Notes under the pieces: generated by a model
Told to the model about the DNA's origin: nothing
What the model saw: only the letters and a program-made list of their open reading frames with translations
Database searches by the model: none
Assembly (NCBI RefSeq): GCF_964204645.1
Contig: NC_134025.1
Span: 27,074,299 to 27,138,298 of the forward strand
Length of the DNA stretch: 64,000 nt
From: Tubulanus polymorphus
Taxonomy: Eukaryota; Animalia; Nemertea
Direction of reading: 5' to 3'
In this document: positions 20,278-33,725 of the stretch, one piece after another
Numbering within the stretch: position 1 is the first letter of the stretch
Layout: every line of letters starts with the position of its first letter
Made by a program: the position numbers and the translations under genes

Positions 20278-23200
20278 ACTAATTAAATGAGCGATTGAAA
20301 CAGCTTTTAATTTCAGTCGTTCAGTGAAACAAGAAATTTTATTTGTATCTAATAAATAAGCGATTAAAAGAGCATTTGCTATCAGTCCTTCTGTGACTAG
20401 AATAGGATATGCTTCAAATGAGCTAGTAAACTGGGATAGATTATGTTATTACAGCCTAGGATTAGAAATCATCTTTCTAATTATACAACAACGTTGATGA
20501 TGGTGTTGGTTGTGGTCATCAGTTTCCTTCATTACTGTCTAATCGAATCTAAAATTTTGCATATCAATTGCACAGCATCAGTTGAACAATTAATGATACA
20601 ACATAATTTCCACTGTATATTACTATTGATAGTTGTCATTCCTGGACAAGATCATGGACTCAAGGGTTCTGGACTGGATAATGAATAGAATATACCATAT
20701 TTCTGACAAGTTGTCAAGTTTAATGAAACAGAAAATTACTTCTAATTGATTAACACAGCAGGCAAAAAGCTCATGTATGTGTACCATTAAATTTGCAAAA
20801 ATCTTATTTGAGCTCAGTAGTAATACCCAATTAAACATCATTTCACCTAACTGAATATGAGATGTTATTGCGTGTCACAATATTTTCAAAAACATGAACT
20901 AACTCATGGATTGTGAGTAGTAATTAATCGGGCCATTTTGATCAAGAATCTTAAGAAATACCGTTATCAGTGAAATCTATGTGTTGGAAGATGACATCAG
21001 TCACACTAGTCACATCATCAATAGCTATTTCCTCGAAGGTGTTTCATTTCCTTCACCATTGCCCATGCCGTAGATAACAGAATTTATGTCACTATCTCGG
21101 CTGTTTAACTTCTGTCAAACTTCCTTCGGTTAATCTTCGTCTCCGATTTTGATGAATAAGGTACAGGTAATTAGCTGGAACTGATCCAGTAGCTCAGGGT
21201 TCGCGAGTTTGAAACAACCACTTTCATACCTAAAGGGATGTGCTGTGTCACCTGGGGCCTTTTTGTTGAATTTCAGAAAAAATTATCAAAGGAAATTTTG
21301 GTTGCGATTTCGTCGACTTCAGTTGTCCTGGATCTGTCTTTTCAACGTCATTGAATCGACAAAAGATACAGACATATTACAGCTAGATAAATGTATCAAT
21401 GGTAATGACCGAGGAGGTGGTATGCTATACGTGGCATATTAATCATTTTCACAGTGGACATATTACTGCAGGTGGCTAGTTCTTCTAAGGCGCTAATTCT
21501 GGTTTACCCAGTAGGACTGCAATCTGCTCGCAGTGAAAAGTATATCATTATTCGCATCACACGACAATACGTTGACTTTAACCCCAAAAGAGTTTGTTGA
21601 TGCTATCGACTTTGTTATGAGTAAAAATACGGAGATGTCCATCATAAATAAAGGTTAGCGACTATGTTTGAATATAAATCCAATCTGACACTGTCTGAGG
21701 TGATAAAACAACCGACCATGTGACAGCACAAGTGGAACATGGAGGACGTCTCCCTAGTCTGTATTTGCTCATAAACAAACGGATCAAAATGAATGTCCTT
21801 GTTATAAACCGGTAAAGCATAATTGTAAAAATTGTTGCAGAGCTCATTGACAATTGGAACAATCTAGATTATGAACTTGTTGAAAAATATCTTTTTATCT
21901 ATTCTTACATGATATAATATTATATGTTTACTGTTGATCCGCAATCATAATCTGTCATCATCTAAATAGTTATTACCCAATCTGATTGTCAATGATAAAA
22001 AGGCTTTCAGGCTAAACATAGATAGTTTGTGGTCTGAATTGTTAATAAAGTTTCGACCGATGCAGAAATGAAGAAAGCTGCTGACACTAGAGAACGGTTA
22101 GTCAACGGACAATGATACATTGATAAAACTGTCATGACAGTGCGCTACATCAAATATTGTTCTAGTGATGGGTTTCTCTGTAGACATAAACATACATTAC
22201 ACCCATTTCCACGAGAAAATAAAAACATTGATGTATGAACAAAAACATCCATGGCAAAAAGCGGAATAAGTACAGTAATTCGACACCTTAAAGGTGTGGT
22301 GAAGGGCATTGATGTCTCATTAGTGTCACCTCGACTTTTTGTTATTTAGAAAAAATCGACGTTGATATAATCATTGTAGGTGCGTAGGAGTTGGGAATAT
22401 TTGAAGAAAGCAGTTTACAACCGGGGTTTAAGATTGAAATCTGATAAGCATATTTACCTTGTTGCCGTTAAGTTGTTTCGTTGACACAGAGTTGTTGTGA
22501 CACGGGTTAGATATCCTTGTAATACGCACTGAAGTCAACAGTTACCATGGTGGTTGTTGATTAACATCGGTCCTACTGAACGACCATCAGTTCTCCTCCC
22601 TGACAAATTATCTATTCCGTAACTTAATCGTTGCTAATTTGAAAGAAATACTTACTGGTCGTGTCTAGGTTTTACTTGTACGGTCACCGCTGAAGTGTTC
22701 ACGTAACGAACTGCAGTGTGTGCCGGCACAATATCCGTACGGAAACGCCTGCCCTGTTGCATATGAATAATTGTTATAGATGCAAAGCTAAATTTCATCA
22801 ACATAATTCATCATGCTTCGTGGTTACGACGGAGAACTGGGTACCAAGATCATTACCGATACGTTCGCAAATATATTCTCGGAATAAGTTATAACACACA
22901 GAGGTATCTGTTGATTTTGGTATTGTTAAGCTTCAGGTATCTGTTCCGTTAAAAGGTCACGTAGAAGAATACTGATGCAATGTTTTTTGTATGAACATGT
23001 GGTAGATTAGGCTGAAGAGAAAACGCTTCTTTAGCAACTATCCACAGGTTGTAAATTATGTTAGATATTCTGGCTGAGTGTATATGGTGGATTACTGATC
23101 CATCAATATCGTAGTGAAATAAGTAAAAGTTTAGAAATATCTGTGAATAGCTGAAAAAATGGAAGAAAATACTGCTATCCTGAAAATTAGATTTCAATAT

Positions 23201-26200
23201 TTCAACTACCTTATTTTGAAGGCAATTACATTAGAATTACACTGATGGATGCAATTCCACTCATTGTACTCAGTATAGGATAGAGGAATGAAACTTGAGG
23301 AATAGCTTAGAAAAGTAAGAACATTTTATGTCGTTTTACGGCCCATAAACAAGTCAAGAGAAAAATTTGAATGCCATTGTGATGAGCCATAGAATACAAA
23401 TGTATAGCTAATGTATAACTGGGGATCTATTTAAGGCTTCACGTCAGCATCGTTTTTATATCAAACAACATAGTTATACTCGGTTTCAACTTAATTTTTC
23501 TCAGTATTTTTAAAGTGTCATATTTTGAAAAACCAACTACGACCTGAACGCAATGTTAAAGATAAGGATTGACGTCTGCAAAGATTGTAGCGATGGAAGT
23601 TTAAGTGACGGCTCTCTTGATCGAATCAATTAATATCAAATTTATGATGATTTAGTACATCTATTTAGCCGTCATACTGTCATTGGAGAAATGGGTAAAT
23701 CTTATGTCATACGTTGAAATACGAAATGACTTCATTAACTTCTGGAGAAACTTTTTTCACTCCTGTAGCAGCTGTCATTGAGTCATTGAAAGTTTAAACA
23801 CGATTCGAAAAACACATGATAGAATGCTCATTTGCGTTAGTTTAAACACAGATAGAATCGACCACCACCGAAACCCTTTCAGTCATCTATCGTGTAAATT
23901 ATTTTTTCCGTCTAGTGATTCGTTACTTGCCGTTGCGTAAACGCTTTTTTGATGGGATGAATAACTTTTCATTTCCCGCGCTGTCGTCGAGATTTTCCTT
24001 GTCGAGCTTAATCCGAATTCCCCGATGTCTCGTTCTCCATTCATGAAGAAGTGTCTAAGAATGTTATCAGTAGTTCAACGCATCAAAAATCGCTTGAAGG
24101 ATTTTTAAAAAATTCGAAGAGCAGAATTTCTACCTCATTTTTCCGTAGTGTCATTCGGTTTAATTACAAGCGAGATTTTCCACCTCTCAGACATGAATAA
24201 GATTCCTCCGTCTTGGAGTTGAAATAGCACAAAATCACGCTGAAGTTATTATAAAGTCGCCAGATCTGTACGGAATTATCGACTGTAATGTTAGGTAATT
24301 GCTGATGATTTATCATCTGCCGGCAACCAGTGTTACCCGATGTTTTATACATGAGAGTCATTCCCAGAGCTTGTTGACTTCAATTATTCGCTACGGAAGA
24401 CATCTCAATTGTGTTCTCGTTAATGTTGATAAGGATTCTCAAAGGAAACATAATCAGCTTCAAGCCGGGTTCCATCCTTTCTGTTCTCTGAAGGCATATC
24501 ATAATTCTTTTTGTCGCCTATATATCTAGAATCACGGAATCGATTAGTCACCTGCGATTCACGACAGATGAGGTAACCGGCAGATTTTTTGCAATGCGCT
24601 TCAAGTTGTTACAATTATTGACCACCATCTTCTTCCCTTCGATAATAAGCTTTTACAGCTTAGGTTTCGTTACTTGAGATCTGAAGGATTGAGCCACTTA
24701 AGAGATCCTAGCTGGATATATAGAAGTGTTATTGACTTGCATCTTGTCTTTTTCCGATCATATCTTCCTAAGACATAGCTCACACGTTTGTGGTGTATGC
24801 AAGATGGACAACCAAAATCACTGCTTAATTCACCAAAAACCGTGAAATACTGCTGCACTTGAATCTATGCTTGAACTTCTGATACAGAAAGCAACATCTT
24901 TCTGCTTAAAATGCTCATTTGAAATCTAATTATACAGTCGTTGGTATTAGTTAGACCCACAAGCAATTATAGACTTTTGACTTGAATTGTGACTCAAATA
25001 TTTTTTTCGGAGATGTTAGATTTCGAACTAAAGGGTGCCGTTTATCAGGAACTTATATTACTTTATTAAGACATTATCCATTAAATCGTAGATAACAATT
25101 TCTTACCACAAAATTACACATTCAATAAACCCAGTGCATTATTAACTTTAGGTGACCTCTACCGCAAAACTAGTGTTTTATCACCAATTACCAGTAGGGT
25201 CATATAGAGTTGGGAGCAGTTTATGGTTTGAGACTTTTCCTCCGAAAATAGAATTTTAATGGAAAGCTTTTTTGCCAGGTTCGCCGACATTGCGACAACG
25301 GAGTTTCCGGTAGTTTCTAAAGCACGAAGCCGCCTTATCCAATTTGTCATGATTGATTTTGTGCTGTAAATCAAGTTGTAAGAATTTGAACAAAACTAAA
25401 CAGAAAATCCTATTTGCTGAAATGGATCGTAGTGAATTGTGTTTCGGTTTGGGGCGAAAGTATCTATAACAAACTTTCCGGTTTTTTTTCGACGTACTTA
25501 AACATTGATGGAAATGTCGTTCGGTGTTGACAATATTATCATCCACAAGAAAAAATCATAAATAACATGTATTCCGTGCATGCGTAGATTGAACCCCAGA
25601 TGAAATTGACAGACTATTGTGAACATCATTGCAGGATTTGTGATGACCATTACTCAGTTTAGCGAGTAAGGTATCTAATAAATCGCCAGGCACATTATTA
25701 CCCTGTAGCGTTTATTTCACGATCGACTCTTCTTCAATATTTGTCAATTTTCTGGTTATAGCCATAGTTACTAACGAGTGAGTGGGAGCACTGTCTCATA
25801 TCGTGTACTGTGACGCTTAATCCAAAAGAATAGTAAATCTATCTGCCAATATTTTCCATTATTGGTGAGATATAACGTAAAAAGTAACAGTACGACTTGT
25901 GCAATGGAAGTTATTAATTAGCTGAATACAGTTTGATGAGTATGTTTTCACGGTATGAACACAATCTCAATGATAGATCAATGCTCGGCTTGAATTTACA
26001 CCGCGAAGCAACGATGGTCCAAATTAGTTGCGACATGTTGTCTCGCGTCTAAATTAAGCGACTGTGGCTTCGTTAATTATTATGCCTCTATTCATGGTCA
26101 CATTTAAGCGTTCGGAAACCTTTTTCTGTTTCCTATTCTTTCGAGCTTTTAACTGACGCGAAATCATTATAACGTATGATGTTGATTATTGACACGTACA

Positions 26201-26247
26201 TATCATGGGTATCGATGATGGAATGTAATGAATTCCCTGAACCTGGC

Positions 26248-27447
26248 CTATAGCGATGTCGATTTTTCGTCGCTCACCAGAAGGTTAGTTATTTCGCAGT
26301 TTTTATGCGAAATACTCGTCCGTTGTATGCGATTTTTCGTTTCCGTCGACAGACTAGACTTACGACTCGAGTTGAAACCTGAATTATAACTGGAGTCTTT
26401 TTTATAGACACGGCATTCAGTCGCGGCGTACGTGGAGTCCGTGTTGCCTAGTAATGAATCACTCGGACGCAACGGATGTGAATTACATTTAAGTACACGT
26501 CTAAGTAGTTTACGGAACTTCTTTCCTTTGAGACAATATATGAAGAAGTTGATGGAGCTGTTGCATGCGAACAATACTTCCGTGATGATTTTGAAAATTT
26601 TTATCGGCATTTCGGCTTCGTCTGATAGTTTCTTACCGCTGTAGACGATAATTAGTATCGAATAGACAAACGCGGGCAGTTCGCACAATATGAAACACGT
26701 GATTACGGCTATTAGAATTTGCGTGATGTTCTGCGTGTTGCTGTGAGTTTGACTGACTATATGAGTCGAAGCCGACGATATAGCCGCCCGTCTACGATCG
26801 GCTCGTTTAATATTCGAAATCAGGATGAGATTGCTGATCATCAACGCCAACAACGGCACGATGAAATAGACAACGATATAAAGTCCGACCATGTAGACCA
26901 TGACGTAGGTAGAGTTGCGATAACTCGTGTAATCCGATTTGATGAATCGAGGTAGATTGTACAGCACGCTGGCGACGACCATCGCTGAAAAAACAATCTT
27001 AGTTCGCCGAATCGTGGCCCAGACATTGGCTTGTAACGGCAAACAGACGGCGATGCATCTGTCCACAGCAATAATGACGATTGTGTAGACTGCGGTGAAT
27101 TTAGTAATCCAAAACAAATTGTTCACATAAGTCGATGTCGGGTCTCGAATACTGTTGTATTGCAGTAGGTACCCGAGGGATTGGTAACAGAAATAATTAA
27201 TCAGAAATAAGCTGTCCACCGCTGAGAGCGCCAACAGTAGGAAATTTGTGGACGTTTTGCTGCCCTCTTTCCACCAGACAATGAACGATAATAAATTTCC
27301 GATAACCCCGATTAAACAAACTAACGGCAAAACTGAACACATTACGTAAAATCGAACAACTTTGTACGTTTTGATAGCAGTAGGTGGCGCTGTAGTAGTT
27401 ATATTCCATTGTTCTATAGCTTCTATAGTTGTGTTTGTGTAATCCAT
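26248..27447 (-). CDS. Class A GPCR, close paralog of GPCR-1 (GPCR-2), 399 aa, intronless CDS
   Basis: Same motif set (GN, LSAVD, DRCIAVCLPL, CELP, NSSINFFIYCLKGKKFR); roughly three-quarters identical to GPCR-1 over TM1-TM3 by eye; Ser/Thr-rich tail; acceptor tcttttcag 33 nt upstream of the ATG. Confidence 0.95.
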   Translation of the reverse strand: MDYTNTTIEAIEQWNITTTAPPTAIKTYKVVRFYVMCSVLPLVCLIGVIGNLLSFIVWWKEGSKTSTNFLLLALSAVDSLFLINYFCYQSLGYLLQYNSIRDPTSTYVNNLFWITKFTAVYTIVIIAVDRCIAVCLPLQANVWATIRRTKIVFSAMVVASVLYNLPRFIKSDYTSYRNSTYVMVYMVGLYIVVYFIVPLLALMISNLILISNIKRADRRRAAISSASTHIVSQTHSNTQNITQILIAVITCFILCELPAFVYSILIIVYSGKKLSDEAEMPIKIFKIITEVLFACNSSINFFIYCLKGKKFRKLLRRVLKCNSHPLRPSDSLLGNTDSTYAATECRVYKKDSSYNSGFNSSRKSSLSTETKNRIQRTSISHKNCEITNLLVSDEKSTSL

Positions 27448-28678
27448 TGTAAATCCTCAGGATGTGTGCGCGCGTATCTTCTGAAAAGACAGACAAATAT
27501 ATCACTTAAATGATTAGGAATTATTGTTAAATCTATGAAATCGATCTGAATGCTTTTACTTCCTACTCGCTTTATCAGCAATACTGAAATTGGTTCCTAA
27601 TGTTTATATTGAAATGATTATTTGTCAGTTGTGATTTCTTGGTGCACAACGAATATGTAGAAATTCAATAAATTCTCATCATTTGAGTATGAACATACAG
27701 ACATTATGATTCTTATATAATGAGAATTCATTTTGTAATGATAAATTTTCTTCTCGTTAAGGTACGCTCAAATGTGAGCATTGCGTCTTAGTTAACTTAT
27801 GAAACTTGTAGCGTGTGATAGTGTGATAGTGTTTAACTCATCGGGGAGCCGTTTTCAATTTACTTTATTCAGGGTTTGAGACGATTATATGACACAGAAA
27901 AGACGTTAGAAAAATTGAGGTAGCTTCATTAATGAATCCTTAATAGATTTACTACATTACTTTTGATATAATTTTCTGGAAGCATTTACAACGTGTTTAT
28001 AACTTCATCAATTTTATGAATTGTTCCATTATGGAAGTCTACGCGTAGGTTTCAACATAATTTTCTCATTAAGTTTATGCATCCGATCCCTCATAAAGCG
28101 ATGTGTCACTTTAAAAAAAGATTTCATTGCAAACTATGGTTTATGTTGTAAATGATCATAAAAGATAACATTTGGCGGTTTTGAATTTGTAATTTAATTG
28201 ATTTGCTCTGGTATTAAATTCCGTGATGCTATTAACAGGTATTTGCATATAAATGTTTTATTCAAAGGATGACATTTTTGTTGTTTTGTTTATTAGTTGA
28301 TAACATATATTAAGTATTAGATATTCTGTTCTAGAATAGGTAACATAATAAAAAGTTAGAATATATTGAATATATTGTTAAGTACAGAATCTGCCATTTT
28401 TAGACAGGGCTTTGAAATGTGCTTTGTAATTCAAATAGATTGTGTTTAGTGCTGTATGCATATAGCGAAATAGCTTCATCTGAAAATGGCAGATTTCTTA
28501 CCACGTTATGTATTCGATTCTGTCACTGCTGTCAACTAATGAAACTCTATGTTCACGGCATGTTCAGGATAAATTGAATATGAAACATGCTAACTGAAGT
28601 TAAAAGATGTCTTATTTCACTCATGAAACTAATCAGTATCGCTTACAATCCACTTATCCACACAAATACATTACAATG

Positions 28679-28701
28679 CTCTCTCTCTCTCTCTCTCTCT
28701 C
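28679..28701. repeat. (CT)n microsatellite
   Basis: About 11 CT units, directly visible. Confidence 0.85.
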
Positions 28702-28877
28702 CCGTGACTAGTTGGCTAAAGCTGCGATAGCTTGTCACAGTGTGTACCTTTTTCGAAAAGGTAACAGCCCAGTGGGGTAGGATGACATCAGCTGATACTG
28801 TGATTCACAAAGGATATGTATTCACCATGTTACATTGGCATATGGTATATAGAACTGATCATGAACTTCATGAACAG

Positions 28878-29074
28878 ACCAAATGTTCACATCGGCAAAA
28901 AAAGTCTGCGTTATGCTGATCTGGTCCATTGGAGAAAGGACTAATTTAGACTGACTAAAAAGACTGATCAGGCTCCGTTGTCAATTTAAGAATGATATGA
29001 TCTGATTTGAATTGGTTCGTTCCAGGTACACGCCAAATTGGAACAGAATAACTAACATCGGCGTGAAAGTGGCT
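28878..29074 (-). mobile_element. MITE family B copy, reverse orientation, degenerate
   Basis: Ends GTGAAAGTGGCT; contains reverse complements of family B motifs (gttcacat..gcaaaaaa, gttccaggta..aattggaac..aactaac). Confidence 0.6.
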
Positions 29075-32000
29075 TTCATATCAAACGTAACCACTTGATG
29101 ATCATCCACATTATTGACAATGCTTTAATGTAGACTTTAGTTCTAACTGAAACTTCAGGGACTATATATTGCTGCATCCAGATATTTTGCATATGTCTAA
29201 TACATCTCGAGTGAACCCAGATTTTGAAGGAAAGATTTTCTACTTATTCCAGAATGCAATCGATATTTTTTTTGTTTCTTGATAATGCAGCTCAAGTCGA
29301 GGAGCAGCTGGTGTAACACAAAACATTTCCACTGTTTTCTGGAATAAAACCCGCTTCAACATTTAATACTGAGTTGCAATTCTACTGTGAAGCCACATAT
29401 GCGTGAGCTGTTGAGTGGCCAGTACTCATCCAGACTGGTCCCTGAAGTGAATATTGAATGTTTTGAATGTTTCGGTAAACATTGGACTCAATATTTGTTC
29501 AAATATCCGTTATGTAAACAGTTAGTGTCACTCGTTTGTTCTCCAATTTCTTCTATCGATTGCTACAAAAAACCAGACATTCTTAACGAATATCATACCT
29601 GTTTCATCAATTAACACGTGCATAACAAAACGAACGTCATATCTTTGTAGCGTGCTGTGCTAGTAATTTATGACTATGCGGTATTAGTTGTTAAATGGGA
29701 ATTATGATTTACTCAATATTTCTCGCTGCGAAAATCCTTCGCTCAAATCAAGCAGTGGTTTTTATTGTGAAAGACTTTTTTCTTCTGTGTGGCATTTCGG
29801 TTTTGATTTCCCCGCGCAGGGCAAAAACGAGACACGTCAAAAAACCTTTTTCCTTGCCATGTGCATTTGGCTTTAGAGAATGATGGAATTATCTACCTTG
29901 CTCGTTCTCTCTAAATCTCTTTTCATCGTAATCTCCTCTTTCTATAAACGAGTGTCTGAATGAATGTAAAGTAATAGTTGCGCAACTGGACAGAATTACT
30001 CTAGTTGAATTTACTATGCATGCGTGTATGGTGTGGGAGAAGACAAATATATCGGCAAGTCCTTAAAAAGGATTCACCAAAAGGTTTTGGCTGCCAAATC
30101 ATTTTCATCTTTGATCGCAGCTTTAGAGACCTTGTTATAGTATATGGAATTATGTAGAAAGGTTTAACAACTGGATGTAAAAGAGGCTTAAATCGTTTTG
30201 AATTTATTTAGAAATTTTGAGTTTGAACTGAATTTGAACTTTTTGAAAAAACGCTTCTCAATTGGGAGAATTCTATCGATTTAAATGCAAATCTATGTAG
30301 TAATAATGCCTTCATAGTATTTCAGTGCAGTTCATCGAGTATGATGGCTCTGTTATCCATTTTAACTCATGCTTCCATCTATTGCATATTACAACTACAA
30401 CTGCTTAAAAAATATTTTCACATACCCTAGTACACTGTGCAGAGAAAAAGCGATTTTATTGGGCTAGTTGTTTCTTTTTGTATGGGACGATATGTATTTT
30501 GTATGGAGGTACTGTCTTCAATTCCTATGGCTTCAGGCGTCATTCTTTCAGTAGTTATAATCAAGCGACAGGTTTTATAATAAAGCCTTTGAAGTGGATA
30601 CATATGTTTAAATATACATGCTGCTATTTCAAGTATTTGCGTTTCTTCAGCCCTTATTCAGTGCATTTCTAATAAAATCAAACACTTTACATCAAACCGG
30701 TACATCACACTCGATAAATTGTATAAAGGTATGAATGCCGAGCGCAATATTCATAGCCAGCAATCATTCTCAGCTAATTAAACGAACAACGTTGGTAATA
30801 AAACATCGGTAAAAATCTTTGCTTTCATTAAATTCAAAACATTGTACGGGTTTCATTTCAACTTCGAATCAATTTTCTATCCGTCAATGCTTCAATCGTA
30901 AATCACTTTGAAATCGCTACTTACCCCTGATTGAGTGAATTGCCAATTAAAAATTCCAATTATCTATATCCGCGAATGCGCCGATTAGTAAATCCTTCGA
31001 TTATTCGATGGTTATTAATGTGCGGAATTAGTTCAATCTTTGCGTCGTCGGTTGCTGCACCAGTTTAAAGGTTTATTAATGACACACGCGGCAACTCGGG
31101 CTGCATGAAAAGTTGTCGGCAGTATTGACAACAAGTTGTCTGTGATTGGATTGTGATATAACTAACGTCATCACACTGTGTATGATTTCCCCCCTCAGTA
31201 CTGGATCGTTTATCACCCGCTACTGAACATTATTGAGCTTTGGCTTGTAATCATACTAACTTATGCACCTGGTTAAGTAGGCTCTAGTCGAGACCACCTG
31301 TTTTTGCGCAAATCGTCGGCAAATAGCTTGTCATAAATTGCTAAATGCGGTTTTGAAATCCTCTGTCTGTATTGAACAATATCGAATTATTGATATCTAC
31401 TTTTAATGTTTCACTGGTGTTAGTCGTCATGAAATACACCAGCGATAGATTGATTGAATTACCTATATTAGTGTATACAAATTGAGTTAACTGCATGGAT
31501 TATTTATTTGTACTTGTATATTTACTAGTGGTATCTGCCATTCTGCCATTTTGATAGATGACTGTTAAATCTCTGGTTGTTTGTTGACTAATAATTTGCC
31601 CGTAAGTAATTTGCCACTAATTTCAATCAGGCTTCAGAAATCATTGCGCTTGACAAATACAATTATCAAATGTTCAAGCCTAATCATTAACATTAAGACC
31701 AGCTTGGAAAGCAGATGCATATGTATATAACTTAATAAGCATGCACTCACTAGATTGGTACCAGAGGCCATTATGGAAGTAATTCTATTCACACCTGATC
31801 ACCATCTTCATCCACCTGCCCGAGAAATTAACATTCACCCACTCTTTGTGAAATAAGATTGTTAGCATCTCGTTGTTCTTTGCGAAGGAAACTTCCGATG
31901 ACATCGATGTACAATGCTGCTATCTCTGATGAACTTGTGGCCGACTGCGAATTAGCAGATGGAATACCGTAAATTGGTTATTTCGGGTATAGACATGTGA

Positions 32001-33406
32001 CTTGATTTGTATGCGCTGGACATGGTTTTCGTATAGGCTAATTTCATTAAGGGTAGAAATGCTAAGAGCGTCTCACCTGCACGTACATACTAAACAAGTT
32101 GATCACACTGAGACTATTTGATTGAATTGATTCACTCAACCATGTGTGTGTAATACGCACGAAGTTTTTACAGTACTGACCTCAGTACGATGCAAATCAT
32201 TACGCTTACAGCTGGAAATAAACAAGATAAGATCCATTTTGGATCAAATATTCTTGACTCTAAACCCCAATTTCAAATGTTATGGGACTTACCGATGATT
32301 TACTTCGAGGGCAGAGGTGTTTCTAATGTATATCATAATCATCCGTCTCATTTGTTTGAATTTGCCAAGTGTTGAGTAAACATGCAATAATTTATTCAAG
32401 CATCACCTGTTTTTTTTAGATGATATGATTTGTTCAGAAAATAATGGCTCAATGAGGTATCATTGTATGGAGTTAATCCTAGTAGATCCATACACCTGCT
32501 CCTAGTCAACATAGCCAATCCAGGGACTATGCATACATATAACCCTCAACAGACCCGGGACTAATCCTTTATCACCTCGACTTTTTCCAAAGTGCTCACG
32601 ACATCAGAATAATTTTGAATTCATTTTCAAGTAAACCACTATTTTTGATGTTGAATTACTCTCAATTTTGGTGTAAATTACTACGATCAAAAATGTCAGC
32701 TACCCAGGTCTGCCTGGAGTACTGAGTGATGGAATGCTGGACGAGCTATTTGAAAAAGGCTTTTAGTTTGGTCTCGAAAATTTTATATCTTATTGATTTA
32801 TCGATAAGAAATGATTGAAGCTGGAAATAGCAATTGATTTTGATCGCATTATCAATGAATTTCCTGCTTGATCAATCGAGAACCTTCTACGATTCATCGT
32901 ATTTTCAATCTAACAGGGTCAATAGTAATTTGCTAAGCTGAATCTATCTTTAAGTGAAATCAAACTAACCAGTAGAATTATTCAACGAGAAATAATACCT
33001 TGCGAAAAATAGATAATTTAATTAAAATTGAAATCTTAATGTCGTTATCATTATTGCCAGTACTTTCACTTCCAATTCTAATAACTTTTCCCTTGTCATT
33101 TTTTCCGGGCCACTTTTTCCTACATCATTGTACTACCTACAAAAAAGACGCAACATTGTCCTGAGAATTCCCGATATAGGGAAATTGCTGCAGTTGTTTG
33201 AGAAGTGAACTAACTGATTTCCTCGGGTTATAAGAGTTGTTTTTGGTGGTTATACGATTGATCTTTTCCAGTGACATGACACATCAATAACCTACAGAAT
33301 CGACTTATTTTAGTTTCTATCTCAATTGTATGTTACATAAAACCAAACTATCTGATATTCACTGGGTTTTTTCTCTCTGAGACTGAAAATTGTGATGCCT
33401 GTTAAT

Positions 33407-33725
33407 AGCCACAATCGCATAAGCGTTTTTACCCTGGCTAACTATTCGCACTGGTGCTTAATTGGTCCGAGCCTGTTTAACATGCGCCAAACTTGTCCTG
33501 ACTGAAAACATCCGACCATCCAACCAGGCGCGGGTTCAATCAAATTATTTCGTGTGAATGATAATTGATGAGTCACCTCGCTTGTCACAGCATCTTTTTG
33601 ATATCATTTTAGTATCTAATGAGTAATTTACAAGGGAACAAACTCTTTGATAACACCCTGGCCAAATTTGATTCAGGTCTGGGCCTGTTTGACTCGGGCT
33701 AAATGTCCTATGCGTGATCGCGGGA
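33407..33725 (-). mobile_element. MITE family A copy, reverse orientation
   Basis: Termini AGCCACAATCGCA ... TGCGTGATCGCGG; ggccaaatttga and gactcgggctaaat match family A. Confidence 0.65.
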
